DNA from: Andalucia godoyi And28
Taxonomy: Eukaryota > Protista > Jakobida
NCBI GenBank assembly: GCA_009859145.1
Contig: VRVR01000029.1
Coordinates: forward strand, 248,001 to 312,000
Direction: 5' to 3'
DNA: 64,000 nt
Shown in pieces: positions 48,967-58,962 of this stretch (position 1 is the first letter of the stretch; every line of letters begins with the position of its first letter). The notes below the pieces were generated by a model. That model was not told where the DNA came from. It did not search any database and saw only the letters and a list, made by a program, of their open reading frames with translations. A program made the translations under genes and the position numbers.

Positions 48967-51915
48967 TTACACAACGGGTGGGTGGGACGATAGCTGCTCC
49001 ACAACAACGGAAGAATACCTTTCTCCCAGCTCGTCTTGCAATTTCTTCAGAGCACGTGCGACAACATCCTGAATCTGGCCGTTCACGATCGGATCGACAG
49101 TTCTCATCAAGTACCGTTTGCGGTTCTGAACATCTAGATCGGGAAATGCCGAGCTTCCAATTTCATCATAAATCTCCAAGCCTCCGATTGTGTACGCGTC
49201 GTCGGGTTTGTGCTCCTCATCGTCTTCTTCCCACATGTCGCCTTCATTCAAATACTTCATTCGCGATTCCAACTCCAACGCAAGCCGCTGAGGCATCTCC
49301 GGGCTGTTCCAAATCGCGGCGGTCTGTTCAACAAACGCAAAGACAGGGAGGATGCTTTGAGAAATCAATGCAGCATTCTCAGAGGCATGAAACACAAGAA
49401 AATCCAGCAGTGCAAAGCAAAAGGATTTTCTCGTGCACGGGGTGGGTGACACGGCAGATTGACCCAAAACAAATGCGATTAGATCCTCCAAGCGAACGTC
49501 TTTGACAAGTTTTTCAATGACACCAGGGTCCAAGCAAACAGATCGACACATCATTTCCGTCAGACAAAGGACAGGCTTGAATGAGCGGGAGCCGATGGAA
49601 GAAAATAGGAGAAGCAGATCATCTACCGGTCCCGAAATCGTCTCGAGAGAGCGAATGCCCGACATTTGAAGGATCATCAGTAAAACATGATACACGGAGC
49701 ACCACGACAACAGAGACACGTCATCCAGATACTTCATCAGGCAGTGCAAAACAGAATATATGGACTGACCAATAAACTGAAGCTGTGAAGCATCGTTGAT
49801 GGACAAGAGGTGCAATTCGCAGATTCGCAACACGTGCGGCGCTTGCTCGGAACCGAAAGAAATGCTTGGAAGAAGAGACAGTACGCGGATGTCTTGTTCG
49901 GAGACGGTCGGCGAACGTGCACGGAGGACTGCGGACCACAGATCTAATGATGGGTCCAAAATGTATGCAGAAAACACCGGATTCGCGTGGTCCGACAGAG
50001 ACCAATGCAGAAACTGAAAGCACACATGGAACATTGCCGAGGTCAAGTACGGGATGTTCTCAACAATGGATTCCAAACACATGAGAATGCTTGCCTGCAT
50101 CATTGGAGAATGTGCGTGATATCTCCACAGGGCAGGAAGGACATTGCAAACAAAAAGATCAAGGTCGGTCGAACCCCTGGACGGACAGCGAATGAACAAG
50201 ACCTTAAGCGTGGACAGAATCTGAAAGTGTGACTCCGGAGACAGCAGCAATTCAAACTGCTGCGTGAGTACGCCAAGAAAACTTCCAAACGACTGTTCGA
50301 TCAAGGATTCTTCAAAACCAACATCGTCCACAATCTCCCGTAGGGATCTGCAGGCGGCGAGACGAACGAGAGGATGCGGATGAGACAAAACATGCTGCAA
50401 AATCTGCAGGCTAAGCACTCTCGTATCCTGTGTATATTGATCGGAGAACTTTCCGATGGTCTGCACAATTCGACGGATGTTTGCCGAGGAAGCGGACGTC
50501 GCACACTGATGCTGTAAGGGCCCCGCAATCAGTGACGGAAACAAAACACTGATATCAACAGCATCGTAAAGAAACGACGATACCAGATTCAGAGCACGGT
50601 AAAACGACTCCTGATGGCAATCCGCTAGCACGACCGACCCCATCGACACTTTCTGCACCAGCTCCGCGAACGGGCCTTTACAATCCTCTTCAAACAGCAA
50701 GAAAAGGGAGTTCAAAAATCGGTCCGCCGCTGCCCCAAACGAAACGTCGCCGGTCTCGCGCTCTTCCTCCTCGGCAAACTCCTCCGGATCGGAATCCATG
50801 AGCCCTGCAAAATCTGAAGGCACCGTCATCAAGTCAAATATGGCAGCTCGAAGAAGGAATTCCAGCTTATCGCGGCTTCCAAAGTGACGCTGCAGTACTG
50901 AAAAAGCAAACATCTCTGTATCCGTCCCGTCGCAGTAGCTCGAAGGCCGGTACTGAGGGGCTGCCAGAATGGATGCCACCAGGTTCAATGCAAGTAAATA
51001 CGACCTTTTCGACTCTTCTGTAGGATGATGGACGGTTGATACATTCGATCCAAAGAGAAACGGTATCAGGGATTGGAGAACTGAGTCGACGAAAGGCAGG
51101 AACAGCAAAGCGCTCTTCTGGAACGCATTTTGCAGCATCTTCAGCACATAAACTGCACAGCCGCGGGTTTCGCTTGCAAAAACCAGTGGAGACAGTGAAG
51201 AAATGCACGACTTGAAGAATAGCTCACAGATTCCGCCATCAAGATAAGCACTGAATCCGTGAATGGCCAATGTACGTGCGCATTTGGTGGTGAATCGGAC
51301 CAGCTGCTGCACGGACTGCAGACGCAGATCTCTCTTCATGGCAGCAGACCAATGCTTGTACACAAACTCCAGGATCTTAGGCGCCATGGACTCAAAGTCG
51401 GTGATATGCCACTGGAATCTTCGCGACGCGAGTTCTATCAAAATGTGGTGCAGCAGCATAAAGCACCGGCAAACCACAGATACACTCCCACTCGCGCAAT
51501 CTATCCGTTCTGAAATGTCACCAAGCAGAGTTCCCCATTTCTCTGGAAAGTCAAATCGAGCAATCTTTGCGATGGCAATGAACATCTGCGTGCAGAGTCG
51601 CAGGTCCTGGCTGTCGCCGAGGAAGACAGCCGAGGGCGAAACCAGAGTCTTGCGAATCCGATCTCGGTCCGCCTCCGATATAATAGAGCCCATGCTGTTT
51701 CCCCATCGCTTATGCACGCTATTCTTGAAAAAGATTATGGCGGCCAACCGAATGTCGCTTGGCACAAAGCCATTGCCCGCGATCTCCAAGAGAACCATTA
51801 GAAATCCCGGCGTTTGTTCTAATGCGGACAACTCTGCTTCCGCGCGTTGCCGGATGGAAGCATCCGCAGAGAAGGACTGCTGGATCGCCAACAGGACCGG
51901 CTCCGACGTATCCAT
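48967..51915 (-). CDS. IPO11: Importin-beta family karyopherin, importin-11/Kap120-like
   Basis: IBN_N domain RQRAEAELSALE..PGF...RLAAIIFFKNSVHKRW. IAKIARFDFPEKW is IPO11-like. HEAT repeats and acidic loop. Confidence 0.85.
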   Translation of the reverse strand: MDTSEPVLLAIQQSFSADASIRQRAEAELSALEQTPGFLMVLLEIAGNGFVPSDIRLAAIIFFKNSVHKRWGNSMGSIISEADRDRIRKTLVSPSAVFLGDSQDLRLCTQMFIAIAKIARFDFPEKWGTLLGDISERIDCASGSVSVVCRCFMLLHHILIELASRRFQWHITDFESMAPKILEFVYKHWSAAMKRDLRLQSVQQLVRFTTKCARTLAIHGFSAYLDGGICELFFKSCISSLSPLVFASETRGCAVYVLKMLQNAFQKSALLFLPFVDSVLQSLIPFLFGSNVSTVHHPTEESKRSYLLALNLVASILAAPQYRPSSYCDGTDTEMFAFSVLQRHFGSRDKLEFLLRAAIFDLMTVPSDFAGLMDSDPEEFAEEEERETGDVSFGAAADRFLNSLFLLFEEDCKGPFAELVQKVSMGSVVLADCHQESFYRALNLVSSFLYDAVDISVLFPSLIAGPLQHQCATSASSANIRRIVQTIGKFSDQYTQDTRVLSLQILQHVLSHPHPLVRLAACRSLREIVDDVGFEESLIEQSFGSFLGVLTQQFELLLSPESHFQILSTLKVLFIRCPSRGSTDLDLFVCNVLPALWRYHAHSPMMQASILMCLESIVENIPYLTSAMFHVCFQFLHWSLSDHANPVFSAYILDPSLDLWSAVLRARSPTVSEQDIRVLSLLPSISFGSEQAPHVLRICELHLLSINDASQLQFIGQSIYSVLHCLMKYLDDVSLLSWCSVYHVLLMILQMSGIRSLETISGPVDDLLLLFSSIGSRSFKPVLCLTEMMCRSVCLDPGVIEKLVKDVRLEDLIAFVLGQSAVSPTPCTRKSFCFALLDFLVFHASENAALISQSILPVFAFVEQTAAIWNSPEMPQRLALELESRMKYLNEGDMWEEDDEEHKPDDAYTIGGLEIYDEIGSSAFPDLDVQNRKRYLMRTVDPIVNGQIQDVVARALKKLQDELGERYSSVVVEQLSSHPPVV

Positions 51916-52436
51916 TCTATTTGATATTGTGTCGCCTGGATGATGATGTGCACAAAAAAATAAAATAATGAAGTATATGAAGATAGTCTGGATTTTTTTC
52001 TCCCGATTTTCATATTTGCACGGAATTTACGAGTACAGTAGCTGTGATTGGTGCGTCAGCGATCCAGAGCACCAGGGCAAATTGGCTCTAATTGGTACTG
52101 CTGCATGACAATCGATCCGGCATGCGGCATGCGCACCGTGGACACCACCGAAGTGTCGGAGTGCATCATGCCACCACGCAGTCTGCATGTCTCGGACGTG
52201 CACTCCTCCGAGAAGACAAAATGACGCCCGACGGTGCGAACTGGCGAGGAGGTTTCTTTCTTCTTCTTCTTTTCCTGCGCGAACGACATTGAAGCTTGAA
52301 AAGATGAACACTGAAAAGCAAGTGCCGCTGGTGGTGGTGAGTACTGTCCTAATTTGTGCTCGCTTCGCAAAAAGAGAAGATCCAACGGAAAGCCCACACG
52401 ATTCATCTGGGAAACGGCAGCGTTCAGAAACAGGAG

Positions 52437-52874
52437 CTATGTACGTGTCTCGGTATTGAGATGTGCGGTTTTCCTTCGTTTGACAGTCTTTTCGGCAGAA
52501 ACGTCAAGACGATGCCGGTGAAATACAATTGTCTTTGACACTGCAATGGCTTGAGATTTGGAAGTGCTGTCGACGACAAAGATCGTTCCAAGAGGTGGAT
52601 TCTGCGGAGACGTCCCAACATACAAGTCCGAGTTGACTCTTGCCAAGGGTGTTTCGTCCAAGATGTTGCGGACTGCAAACATGCGTAAAGGAGGAACCAC
52701 CACCGACTTGTCTGTCACTGGAGCTTCCTGGTCTGGGAATCGACACAGCACGTAAAAAGCCTCCGTCTCGTCCTCATCGGCAGTTACAGGTCCAATGGCA
52801 GCAGAACCGTCATTGCTCGGCGCAGGAGCAGCTAGTAGAATCTCTCGTTTCCGATGCATCCCTGGTTTCTCCAT
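52437..52874 (-). CDS. TFIIIC subunit 6 (triple-barrel domain)-like protein
   Basis: FAVRNILDETPLARVNSDLYVG...LGTIFVV resembles the GTF3C6/Tfc7 triple-barrel pattern. Basic C-terminal NLS-like KRRK. Confidence 0.55.
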   Translation of the reverse strand: MEKPGMHRKREILLAAPAPSNDGSAAIGPVTADEDETEAFYVLCRFPDQEAPVTDKSVVVPPLRMFAVRNILDETPLARVNSDLYVGTSPQNPPLGTIFVVDSTSKSQAIAVSKTIVFHRHRLDVSAEKTVKRRKTAHLNTETRT

Positions 52875-52966
52875 GTGTTAATCCATCTGGGGGCCTGTTG
52901 CCAGCCTTTTCTTTCCTTTTTCGTTTTGCTGTTCAGTTTTCCTTCCCCCCTGACTGAATACGCTTT

Positions 52967-53020
52967 CTTGCACGATAGCCGCTTGCACGATAGCCGCTTG
53001 CACGATAGCCGCTTGCACGA
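52967..53020. repeat. 15-nt tandem repeat (CTTGCACGATAGCCG) x3.6
   Basis: Three perfect copies plus a 9-nt partial copy, in the divergent intergenic region. Confidence 0.95.
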
Positions 53021-53210
53021 GATGCTGGTGCGCTGTACAGACTACGGATTATGGAGAAAACGCCTTTCCAGCTTGTCTTGGCTTTTCAGCGCCCTTTGAT
53101 CTCCATCATCTGCAGGTGTTGTCTTTTCTCTCTCTCTTTGCTTGCTTTTTTCTCCCCCCTTCCCCGCCTTCGCTTTCCCAGTACGGTGTTTTTCTGATCG
53201 GCGCTTCGGG

Positions 53211-53912
53211 ATGTCTCGTCGTGCCGTTTTGTTAAGACCACCTACATGGATTCCGGACGAAGATGCAAAGACATGCATGTTGTGCAGCAAACCGTTTTCG
53301 TTTTCTCTTCGCCGCCACCACTGCCGTGCATGCGGACGAGTAGTGTGCAACGTGTGTTCGTTGAAACGAGTGTTTTTGTTTCGGTTTGATCTGCGTGAAA
53401 AAAAAGAAAGAGTATGCGATAAATGTTTTGAAGTAGAGGTGAACCGGATACACGCTGTTGACGTCTTCATAGAGACACACGTTCCGCTGCTGAAGAATGG
53501 CGGAGAGTTCATGCTGCACGACGGGGTAGGGCTTCCGAAAGCACGGTATCTGAAGCTTTCCGCTGACTATGGGGAGTTGCTCGTGACGGAACTCACAAGC
53601 GTGAATGCTGTTGATCGAGCAGAAAAGTTTGCGGTCGCCAGTCTACTGCATGTTAAAGAAGGTGTGGAGTCGGAACACTTTGAAAAGGCACTGTCCTCGG
53701 ATATGGCGAACATTTTTGTTTTCTTTTCGCTGGAGTTTTCACACAATCGATGCCTTGACCTGGAAGCACGCGACGAGAAGCATGCAAGACTCTGGATTCC
53801 GGCTTTCAAATCACTGATTCAAACAGTGGAGTTTCTTCACGAGGAACGGGTTTCGTGGACGGACTTGCGAGACCATTTACTCCTAATCAGACCGGACGAG
53901 ATCGTTATCTAG
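53211..53912 (+). CDS. FYVE zinc finger + PH-like domain protein
   Basis: WIPD...CMLC...RRHHCRACGRVVC..C...RVCDKC (WxxD, RRHHCR, RVC). PLC-type PH-like C-terminus with CLDLEARDEKHARLWI. ATG at 53211. Confidence 0.9.
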   Translation: MSRRAVLLRPPTWIPDEDAKTCMLCSKPFSFSLRRHHCRACGRVVCNVCSLKRVFLFRFDLREKKERVCDKCFEVEVNRIHAVDVFIETHVPLLKNGGEFMLHDGVGLPKARYLKLSADYGELLVTELTSVNAVDRAEKFAVASLLHVKEGVESEHFEKALSSDMANIFVFFSLEFSHNRCLDLEARDEKHARLWIPAFKSLIQTVEFLHEERVSWTDLRDHLLLIRPDEIVI

Positions 53913-53920
53913 CATTGTTC

Positions 53921-56900
53921 TCAAAGTGTGCTGCGGAAATCCGTCAGCAGGAATAGTACGTCGTCCACTTCGACGGGTTTGTTGGCTGCGAATTGTCGAT
54001 TGTTCATTTCCAGCCATTGGAATGCGCGATCTACCACTTCCGTGGGATAGTTCTCCCAGATCTTCGGAAATACCTCTCCTACCGACTGGGGGGATATGAG
54101 CTTGAATCCTTGTGATGACCGAGACCTGCTCGTAACTCTTGTAGACAGTATTTGGTGTGTCTGAAGGCAGAAGCGGAATGTTAGATCATCAATGTTTCCT
54201 TGGTCTACCCCCATCCAGTCTGAGAGACGAAGCAATCGAGCAAATGTTTTGCATCGTTGACATCCTGTCGTGAACTTCTTCATTGCGAAAATAAAGTCCA
54301 CATAGTACATCTCGGCCATGGACCGGATGCCGTACTTGAACAAGTGGAAGTTGTAGGCGAATTCCACGAAGGATGCTCCTTCGTCCTCCCAGGGAAGCGA
54401 CGAATTCGCAAACATCTGAGCTCCCTTCTCCATAATTTCCGTGATAGTCATCCGAATCCATTTGAGAGATTTCCCGCGTGGTTCATAGGAGTCAGTAATG
54501 GATTTTTGGAGATGCGAAAGAACAACTTGAGGAGTCTTTTCCACGCTGATTTGCTTTCTCGGCTCCTCTTGCGCTTTTCTTCGTTGCCCCAGTTCTCTGT
54601 TTCCTCCCGCATTCATGTTTGAAACGTGCATCTCAGCGCTTCGAGACGAGCGCCGTCGTGCATAGTGTGATGATCCCTTCCTTGGTACACACATTTCGGC
54701 ATCGGATGCGTCCGCATCTGCATCATAATTCGGCTCCGTTTTCGATGGCATGTCGGAATCTGACGCGGTGTCTTCGTATTGCTGCGGACTCCTATCCAAG
54801 TGAAATCCTTTTTCTGTTGGTCGCCCATCATTATTTTCCGATGCAGATTTTCCCTCCCTCTCCCGCGATTCGCATGCGGGTCCATCCGAGCTGATAGTGC
54901 AGCGGGGAACGGTTTCCGGGGACAATGCCGCCGCGGTGTTCGGGCCCAGCGGGCTTCTGCTGGAAGCTGCAAAGGAGCGTTGATCCACATTTCTCGACAG
55001 CACTGCTTGCTTTGGAAAAACAGATGACGCTGCACTGATTCCAGATGGCGCAAGCTTGCCGGAAGCCTCATGTGGTGCAAGACTCCAGGGCCCCAGTTCC
55101 GCCGGAATGTCCCTTGAAACAAGCTGGGGTGAAGCTGAATTCTCTACAGAGGACAGTGTGCTCTTGCTTGCTCTTGACGCAGGCCGCGGTGCGATTTGAG
55201 AATCGTGGGACATCTCTCTCTGGAAGCCATGGCTTCCGTGATCGTCTTTGTTTGCCATGCCTGTTCCGGCTTGCATTGCGGGAGGAGTGGTGTGACTGCC
55301 CAGTGGCGGGAAGCTTGCAAGCGAGGATGCGGTATCCAGACTCGAATGACGCAAACCACTGGGACTTTGCGGGTTGTTTTCTCCTCTTGTGGTATCCTGT
55401 GGACGCAGTTCGACATTCGAGGCGCTGTCGTCGCGATTGCTTGCCATCAGATTGAGGCTACTCGACTGCGATGGAGCAAGTATGTATTGACTATAAACTG
55501 TTTGGATCGCAATGTGATGTCCAGGGACACGTCCGGTTGGGGCAACATATGTTTGGGTCTCCACGGGTACACAATTCCTCGGTCCAGAATGTGCAGCGTC
55601 CACGGAACTGCCGGCGGTTCGAGTCTCGCTTTCTTGGTTGCTCAAGATACAACTAGAGGATCGACGCAAGCTCATCGGAGTCATGCGACCTGCAACCGGA
55701 CTCAGTGCTCTCTTTTGCGCAGTCGAATCGTAGTGACCGACTACCGGCATCGAAGCTTGCACCCCGACGGAAACGGTTTCCGCACGAGCGGCCATTCTTT
55801 TCCCTTTGCTCTCCAGTCCCTTCCCTTTCTGCACAGCAGTTTCGAAGCTTCCAGGAGACGGAGCATCATGTTGTTGTTCCCGCTGTTCCCGCTCTTTCGG
55901 CATCCCTGTTTTGGTCGTGAGAGTTTGCCGGTCCGCATGAAGCGTGCGTTGGTCTTGCCGCCTTGGAGTTTCAGCATTCCCAGTGGACGATCGAGAGCTG
56001 TCAGAGGAGCCGCTGCTGAATGAATGCGTCGACGTTAGTTCCGCGAAAGCTGACTGCAGCGATACACGACTTCCAAGCTCGAGAACGCTTCGACGTTGAC
56101 TTGCGACTACGTTTCTGTCTCTGAGAGCCGTTTCATCTTCTTCCAGATCGGCCAGCTCGGATTGGAGTGATTGTATTCTCTCGATGGCTTCTTGGAGTTC
56201 GTTCCCAAGCCGCTTGCGTTCCGTGATGACCGACTGAACTTCGATTTCCTTTTTCTTGATTTCTGTGCGCAACGCTTCGATGGTTTTCACAAACTGCTTC
56301 CTCTCCAACGTCAGCCTTGATGCCTGTGATTTAGTGCGCCGGTCCAGCTCGATTAGAGAGGAGAAGAAGCGAGTCATTCCGGAACGAACAATGTCCAACA
56401 GAATCCCTCTTTCTGCACAGTGGACGAAGACCTGTCTTGTAAGCTCGTTCAGGACAATATTCCAAACCCTCATTTCTTGCTGAATGTCCACGGGCTCGCG
56501 AGGAATTTCTGAGGGATCCTCGGGTTCCTGCGTGTCGTTCAAAAGCCCTGGCTTGCGTATTCGTTCTAGCAGAATATCAGTAACTTTCGCCAAGTACAAA
56601 ACTTCTGCTCTTGACGATGGCTTCGTTGTAGGAAACACTCTTCTTTTCCACTCTTGCAATCCCCCCGGTGTAGCACCGCTCTCCTCGGAATCCTTCTGGA
56701 AAGCCGCGCTCGTCTCATACACAAATAGTTCTGCGGGTACCTGTGTGTCTGGTATTCTGCCCGTCGATGCTCTGGATACTGCCTCCCAGACAGAGGATGG
56801 TCGACAGCTTGCCTGTCCTGTCCCAGGAGTCCTTTTCTCGTCAATGGACACCTCTTCAAAACGATACGATGTGTCGAACTCCTTTGGTCGTTGGAAGATG

Positions 56901-57073
56901 CTGAGATCCGTCAGTTTCCGTTTGTTTCTGAACTTCTCTTTGTTAATCCTTGAGCTGACTTCAGCGGAAAGTTCCACAGGAGAAAGAGGAAACTGTGGCC
57001 TTTTCCCAAAAGACGTGAGCAGTTCTGCCGGAACAAACGTCTTCTCCAGTCCCGGAAGATTGAGCCGTTCCAT
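53921..57073 (-). CDS. Axonemal dynein light chain domain protein, AXDND1-like
   Basis: VFPTTKPSSRAEV...LNELTRQVFVHCAERGILLDIVR matches the p28/Ax_dynein_light signature. Coiled coil, long disordered linker, helical C-terminal domain. Start taken at MERLNL (57073). Confidence 0.8.
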   Translation of the reverse strand: MERLNLPGLEKTFVPAELLTSFGKRPQFPLSPVELSAEVSSRINKEKFRNKRKLTDLSIFQRPKEFDTSYRFEEVSIDEKRTPGTGQASCRPSSVWEAVSRASTGRIPDTQVPAELFVYETSAAFQKDSEESGATPGGLQEWKRRVFPTTKPSSRAEVLYLAKVTDILLERIRKPGLLNDTQEPEDPSEIPREPVDIQQEMRVWNIVLNELTRQVFVHCAERGILLDIVRSGMTRFFSSLIELDRRTKSQASRLTLERKQFVKTIEALRTEIKKKEIEVQSVITERKRLGNELQEAIERIQSLQSELADLEEDETALRDRNVVASQRRSVLELGSRVSLQSAFAELTSTHSFSSGSSDSSRSSTGNAETPRRQDQRTLHADRQTLTTKTGMPKEREQREQQHDAPSPGSFETAVQKGKGLESKGKRMAARAETVSVGVQASMPVVGHYDSTAQKRALSPVAGRMTPMSLRRSSSCILSNQESETRTAGSSVDAAHSGPRNCVPVETQTYVAPTGRVPGHHIAIQTVYSQYILAPSQSSSLNLMASNRDDSASNVELRPQDTTRGENNPQSPSGLRHSSLDTASSLASFPPLGSHTTPPAMQAGTGMANKDDHGSHGFQREMSHDSQIAPRPASRASKSTLSSVENSASPQLVSRDIPAELGPWSLAPHEASGKLAPSGISAASSVFPKQAVLSRNVDQRSFAASSRSPLGPNTAAALSPETVPRCTISSDGPACESREREGKSASENNDGRPTEKGFHLDRSPQQYEDTASDSDMPSKTEPNYDADADASDAEMCVPRKGSSHYARRRSSRSAEMHVSNMNAGGNRELGQRRKAQEEPRKQISVEKTPQVVLSHLQKSITDSYEPRGKSLKWIRMTITEIMEKGAQMFANSSLPWEDEGASFVEFAYNFHLFKYGIRSMAEMYYVDFIFAMKKFTTGCQRCKTFARLLRLSDWMGVDQGNIDDLTFRFCLQTHQILSTRVTSRSRSSQGFKLISPQSVGEVFPKIWENYPTEVVDRAFQWLEMNNRQFAANKPVEVDDVLFLLTDFRSTL

Positions 57074-57168
57074 TCTACTGCCCCTTTGCGTATCCTTGCC
57101 TGAAATCCACAATTCTGTGGCCACCCCTCGTTTTCGCAAACCCAAGAAGACTAATAAACAACAAAAAG

Positions 57169-57240
<72 letters not shown>
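57169..57240. repeat. (CT)9(CA)27 microsatellite in the AXDND1/GATB divergent region
   Basis: Read directly. Confidence 0.95.
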
Positions 57241-57244
<4 letters not shown>

Positions 57245-57458
57245 AAGGAGTATGCAAAGAACCGACGTGCCGGAACTCAGAGAATGAAAGCTCAAAGCAT
57301 CGAGGCTTTGGATAAAACGTTCGTAATCCTGACGCAAAATTCGGAAGTTGCACTATTGGCATCCTCGATCCGACTTCTTCATTTTGGGAACAACTCGCGT
57401 CGTCACGTCGCGTCGCACCGCATCACACCGAATCGCATTTATTGGCGCACGGATCGAA

Positions 57459-58919
57459 ATGTTGGGGAAGCGGGGCGTGAAATGGGATGTGGTGATTGGA
57501 ATTGAAGTTCATGCACAGATTTTGAGTCGCACAAAGTTGTTTTCGCGCTCTCCGCTGTCTGTCACCAGCGCGGCGAATGAGAATGTTTCGCTGTTCGATG
57601 CGGCGATTCCCGGAACTCTTCCTCGGACAAATATGCATTGTGTGTTCCAAGGAATACGCACGGCAAATGTTCTGATGTCGAATGTCCAGCCCATTTCAAA
57701 GTTCGACCGTAAGCACTACTTTTATGCAGATCTTCCAATCGGATATCAGATCACCCAGCAGTTTATGCCTCTTAGTCGAGGAGGCGCTTTAATGATTGGC
57801 GCCGGGGACTCTCGTAAACGAATTGGGATCGAGCGAATACAGCTGGAGCAAGATTCAGGACAGTCTTTGCATGACGAGCACCCGCACTTCTCATTTATCA
57901 ACTTGAATCGTGCTGGCTGCGGTCTCATGGAAATCATTTCTGAACCTGGCATCGCCTGTGCTTCAGAAGCAGTTGAATATGTGAAGAAGCTCCAGTATCT
58001 GCTCAGGCATGCAGGAACGTGCGACGGAAGCATGGAGAACGGGTCCCTTCGCGCGGATGTGAATGTTTCCGTGCGATCAGCAGGTTCCAGCGCACTGGGG
58101 ACTCGCTGCGAAATCAAGAACCTGAATTCCTTTAGGAGCATTGGCAGAGCCATTGAAGCAGAAGCAGCCCGTCAAATTGAGCTTCTCGAAAGCGGAAAGA
58201 CAGTGGATCAGGCTACAATGGCCTTTGACGTTGCATCTGGACAGACCCGAGTGCTTCGTTCCAAAGAAAACGCCCCGGACTATCGATACATGCCTGATCC
58301 TGATCTTCCTCCGCTTCGAATCACGGAGGGGGTGCTGGAGGCAGCGCTGCGTGATGCTGCAGAACACCCGGAGACGCAGATTTCTCGGCTGCGGAGCACC
58401 TTCGGGCTGTCCACCTACGATGTGGAAGTGCTGATGACAGACCCTGCCACTGTTCACTTCTTTGAAACATGTATGCAGCTTGGTCCAAAACGAGATCCAA
58501 AGAAGGTATGCAACTGGGTTACGTCGGAGCTGTTCGGCCGGCTCCACAAATGTGGCAAGGACATTTCTGGGTCCCCCGTCTCTCCGGAGAATCTTGGAAA
58601 TTTGATTGATGCAGTTGAGGATCGTGTCGTGAGTGGAAAAACTGGGAAGGGAATGCTGGATCTGATGGTTTCAGGAGATACGAGATCCGTGAAGGAAATG
58701 ATATCTTCTGGAAATTTACGCATCTCTTTTGAGCCAGAACGTGTTGCCGAATATTTGCGGAGCCTCATCAAGGATCATCCAGCAGAAGTTTCCGAGTACA
58801 AGGCTGGACGAACTCGCGTGTTTGGATTCTTTGTTGGCTCCGCAATGAGGCAATTTAAAGGCAAGGTGGACCCGCATCTTGTCAACAGCCTTGCGCGAGA
58901 GCTTTTGGAGGAATCTTAG
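57459..58919 (+). CDS. GATB: Glu-tRNA(Gln) amidotransferase subunit B, mitochondrial (PET112)
   Basis: VVIGIEVHAQ, PGTLP, FDRKHYFYADLP.GYQITQQ, IQLEQDSG, NLNRAGCGLMEI, LRADVNVS, RCEIKNLNS, YRYMPDPDLPP, YqeY-like tail. Confidence 0.97.
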   Translation: MLGKRGVKWDVVIGIEVHAQILSRTKLFSRSPLSVTSAANENVSLFDAAIPGTLPRTNMHCVFQGIRTANVLMSNVQPISKFDRKHYFYADLPIGYQITQQFMPLSRGGALMIGAGDSRKRIGIERIQLEQDSGQSLHDEHPHFSFINLNRAGCGLMEIISEPGIACASEAVEYVKKLQYLLRHAGTCDGSMENGSLRADVNVSVRSAGSSALGTRCEIKNLNSFRSIGRAIEAEAARQIELLESGKTVDQATMAFDVASGQTRVLRSKENAPDYRYMPDPDLPPLRITEGVLEAALRDAAEHPETQISRLRSTFGLSTYDVEVLMTDPATVHFFETCMQLGPKRDPKKVCNWVTSELFGRLHKCGKDISGSPVSPENLGNLIDAVEDRVVSGKTGKGMLDLMVSGDTRSVKEMISSGNLRISFEPERVAEYLRSLIKDHPAEVSEYKAGRTRVFGFFVGSAMRQFKGKVDPHLVNSLARELLEES

Positions 58920-58962
58920 AAGAGACTGGAGTGCTCAGCGGAGGTTCGTTTTTATTGGTTTG

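Noticed and set aside
52224-52292. TPDGANWRGGFFLLLLF resembling an E2 ubiquitin-conjugating enzyme strand
   Set aside because: The Leu run comes from a (CTT)n tract, a stop follows, and there is no YPxxPP or HPN/Cys motif.
52967-53020. CRISPR-like array
   Set aside because: Direct tandem units with no spacers, eukaryotic context and no cas genes. The 36-nt element also does not form an array.
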